A stretch of DNA of 38,694 bases from Octopus sinensis. Its lineage: Eukaryota. Numbering within the stretch: position 1 is the stretch's first letter; each line of letters begins with the position of its first letter. Shown here one piece after another: positions 36,996-38,694 of the stretch. The stretch spans positions 1 through 38,694 of the forward strand of contig NW_021835862.1 of assembly GCF_006345805.1 (NCBI RefSeq), given 5' to 3'. Position numbers and translations under genes: made by a program. The notes below the pieces were generated by a model. The model did not search any database. It was not told the origin of the DNA and saw nothing but the letters and a program-made list of their open reading frames with translations.

Positions 36996-38128
36996 AAGTG
37001 AAAGTGTATTCTAAAGCAACAATCTGATGAGTTTCTTGTGTTTAACTAGTCTTGCGCTTGGATCTTGGTGTCAACCTTCATTAAGTTAATCAAGAATTTT
37101 GTGAAGCGAATAGAGCTGCAGCAATTACAGAATCGAGATTCCTGAGTAGAGAAATGCTATTGAGTTGGAATGCTGTCTAATGACTGGAAATTCTGAGAAG
37201 CCGTCTGTTGTTAGTTAAGTTAACGCTCAGCCGCTTTTTGCCATACATTTAACTCTATTTTGTTAAATGGGAAAACTATTCAACCAAGCGCTCCATCATT
37301 CACTGAGCTACAAAGTTTCACAGACAAAGCACCTCTGACCAAAGCCAGGTTTCTCAATATATTTATATTGGAACTAAGTTTCGTCAGCAGTCGAACACTA
37401 TTTCGTCCACTTCTGTAGATGTGATCGAAGAAGATGAACTTATAGCAGTAGGATTCGCTTGGAATGAACTGGCAAGAACGCAAATTGGTCCACTTGTAGA
37501 TAATCCTTAATTTGATTCCGAAAGCAATTTTCTTGATGTATCCATTGCGTTCTTCTGTAAATGGATAGCTCTATCCGCTAATAAATTTTAGACTTGATTG
37601 GTGCGGTCTATAATACTAATAATACTTCCTTTCTTGTTGAAATGAAACTATTTTCTTTATCTAAATTCGCCATATTTAATATGATATAGGTGACAGGAGG
37701 GAGAAGAAAAATAATTGTTTCTTACATGGGATAAAACTAGAAGTTTTTCTTTTTTTTTCCTTTTGATGACGAGAGACAGAGAAAGGTATGGAAGAGGGTG
37801 GGGAGAATAGTAGATAATAAGAAATTGTGATGCTTATGACTTTACAAAAGGGTGTTACACGCATAAGAGAATTGTTTCAACTGGAATCGAAAACAGGTCA
37901 CATGCTCGGATCATCGACAATTTATTTCAGAATACTGTGTCGGCTACGGTTAGAGAAATAATAATTGTTTCTTGTATAGGAATGAAGATTGAGATGAAAA
38001 TGGACTGTCGTCACGTACGAACTGATCTTAGGATCGAAACCGAGACGGGAAAAAATCTATTTAACACAGTCCCTGCTTACTAATAAAGATATGTAACAAA
38101 TATAAACAATATTTATCTTCACTTTTAA

Positions 38129-38510
38129 CACGCCGGAAAAAATACTTAGCGGTATTTCGTCCGTCTTTATGTTCTGAGCTTATATTCCGCCGAGGTCGAC
38201 TTTGCCTTTCATCCTTTCGATGATCGATAAATTAAGTACCAGTTACGCACTGGGGTCGATGTAATCGACTTAATACCTATGTCTGTCCTTGTTTGTCCCC
38301 TCTATGTTTAGCCCCTTGTGGTTAATAAAGAAATAGGTATTTCGTTCGTCTTTATGTTCTGAGCTTATATTCCGCCAGAGTCGAGTTTGTCTTTCTTCCA
38401 TTTGGGGCGGAGGTCAATGAAATAAGTACCAGTTGAGCACTGGAGTCCATGTAATCGACTTAACCACTTTCTCGAAATTGCTGGCCTTGGGCCAACATTT
38501 AAAACCAATA
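38129..38510 (+). mobile_element. Two tandem SINE family 1 copies with different 3' tails
   Basis: First copy ends TAGCCCCTTGTGGTTAATAAAGAAAT (~38334); second restarts GGTATTTCGTTCGTC and ends GCTGGCCTTGGGCCAACATTTAAAACC. Confidence 0.78.
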
Positions 38511-38694
38511 TTTATCTCCCCTTAAGAGTGGATGTTGTGTTAGAACACTGAATACTGCATTATTCACCATAAGATAAGCTCTCATATGAACTTGTGGTGA
38601 ATAAAAGCACTCGTGTTTATATTGCTAGCAGTAGATAATCGTCTGCTATCACCGCCAAGGCAAAAATCAATATAAAAAAGAAAGAGAAAAACCA

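Noticed and set aside
37020-37060. CTGATGA hammerhead-like core
   Set aside because: No stem II, GAAA and stem III arrangement follows
37280-37680. Unique-looking sequence with short minus-strand ORFs
   Set aside because: Frames are interrupted by stops and I recognise no protein motif

Overview
This is AT-rich, microsatellite-dense eukaryotic non-coding DNA. The SINE repertoire suggests Octopus or a related cephalopod (inference from recalled repeat sequences). I can support no intact host gene, and nearly all listed ORFs are microsatellite translations or transposon relics. The window holds many tRNA-derived SINEs, several 5'-truncated non-LTR retrotransposons with a restriction-like endonuclease (RLE; R4/Dong-like) inserted in (TAA)n, a ~556-bp non-coding element that shares those sites, a decayed Tc1 transposon, and a Penelope-like (PLE) ORF remnant. 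The main finding is four sequence-unrelated, non-coding repeat families between 7.8 and 22.4 kb that each carry a type I hammerhead ribozyme (HHR) motif (CUGANGA...GAAA-palindrome-NUH) with a long stem II. All four lie in or next to (TA)n and are arranged as tandem or fold-back copies. The largest is a ~3-kb array of ~600-bp units with five hammerheads that switches orientation at 9175/9176, the architecture expected of retrozymes or PLE pseudo-LTRs. Ribozyme activity and expression are untested, and near-identical inverted arms could be long-read assembly artefacts.
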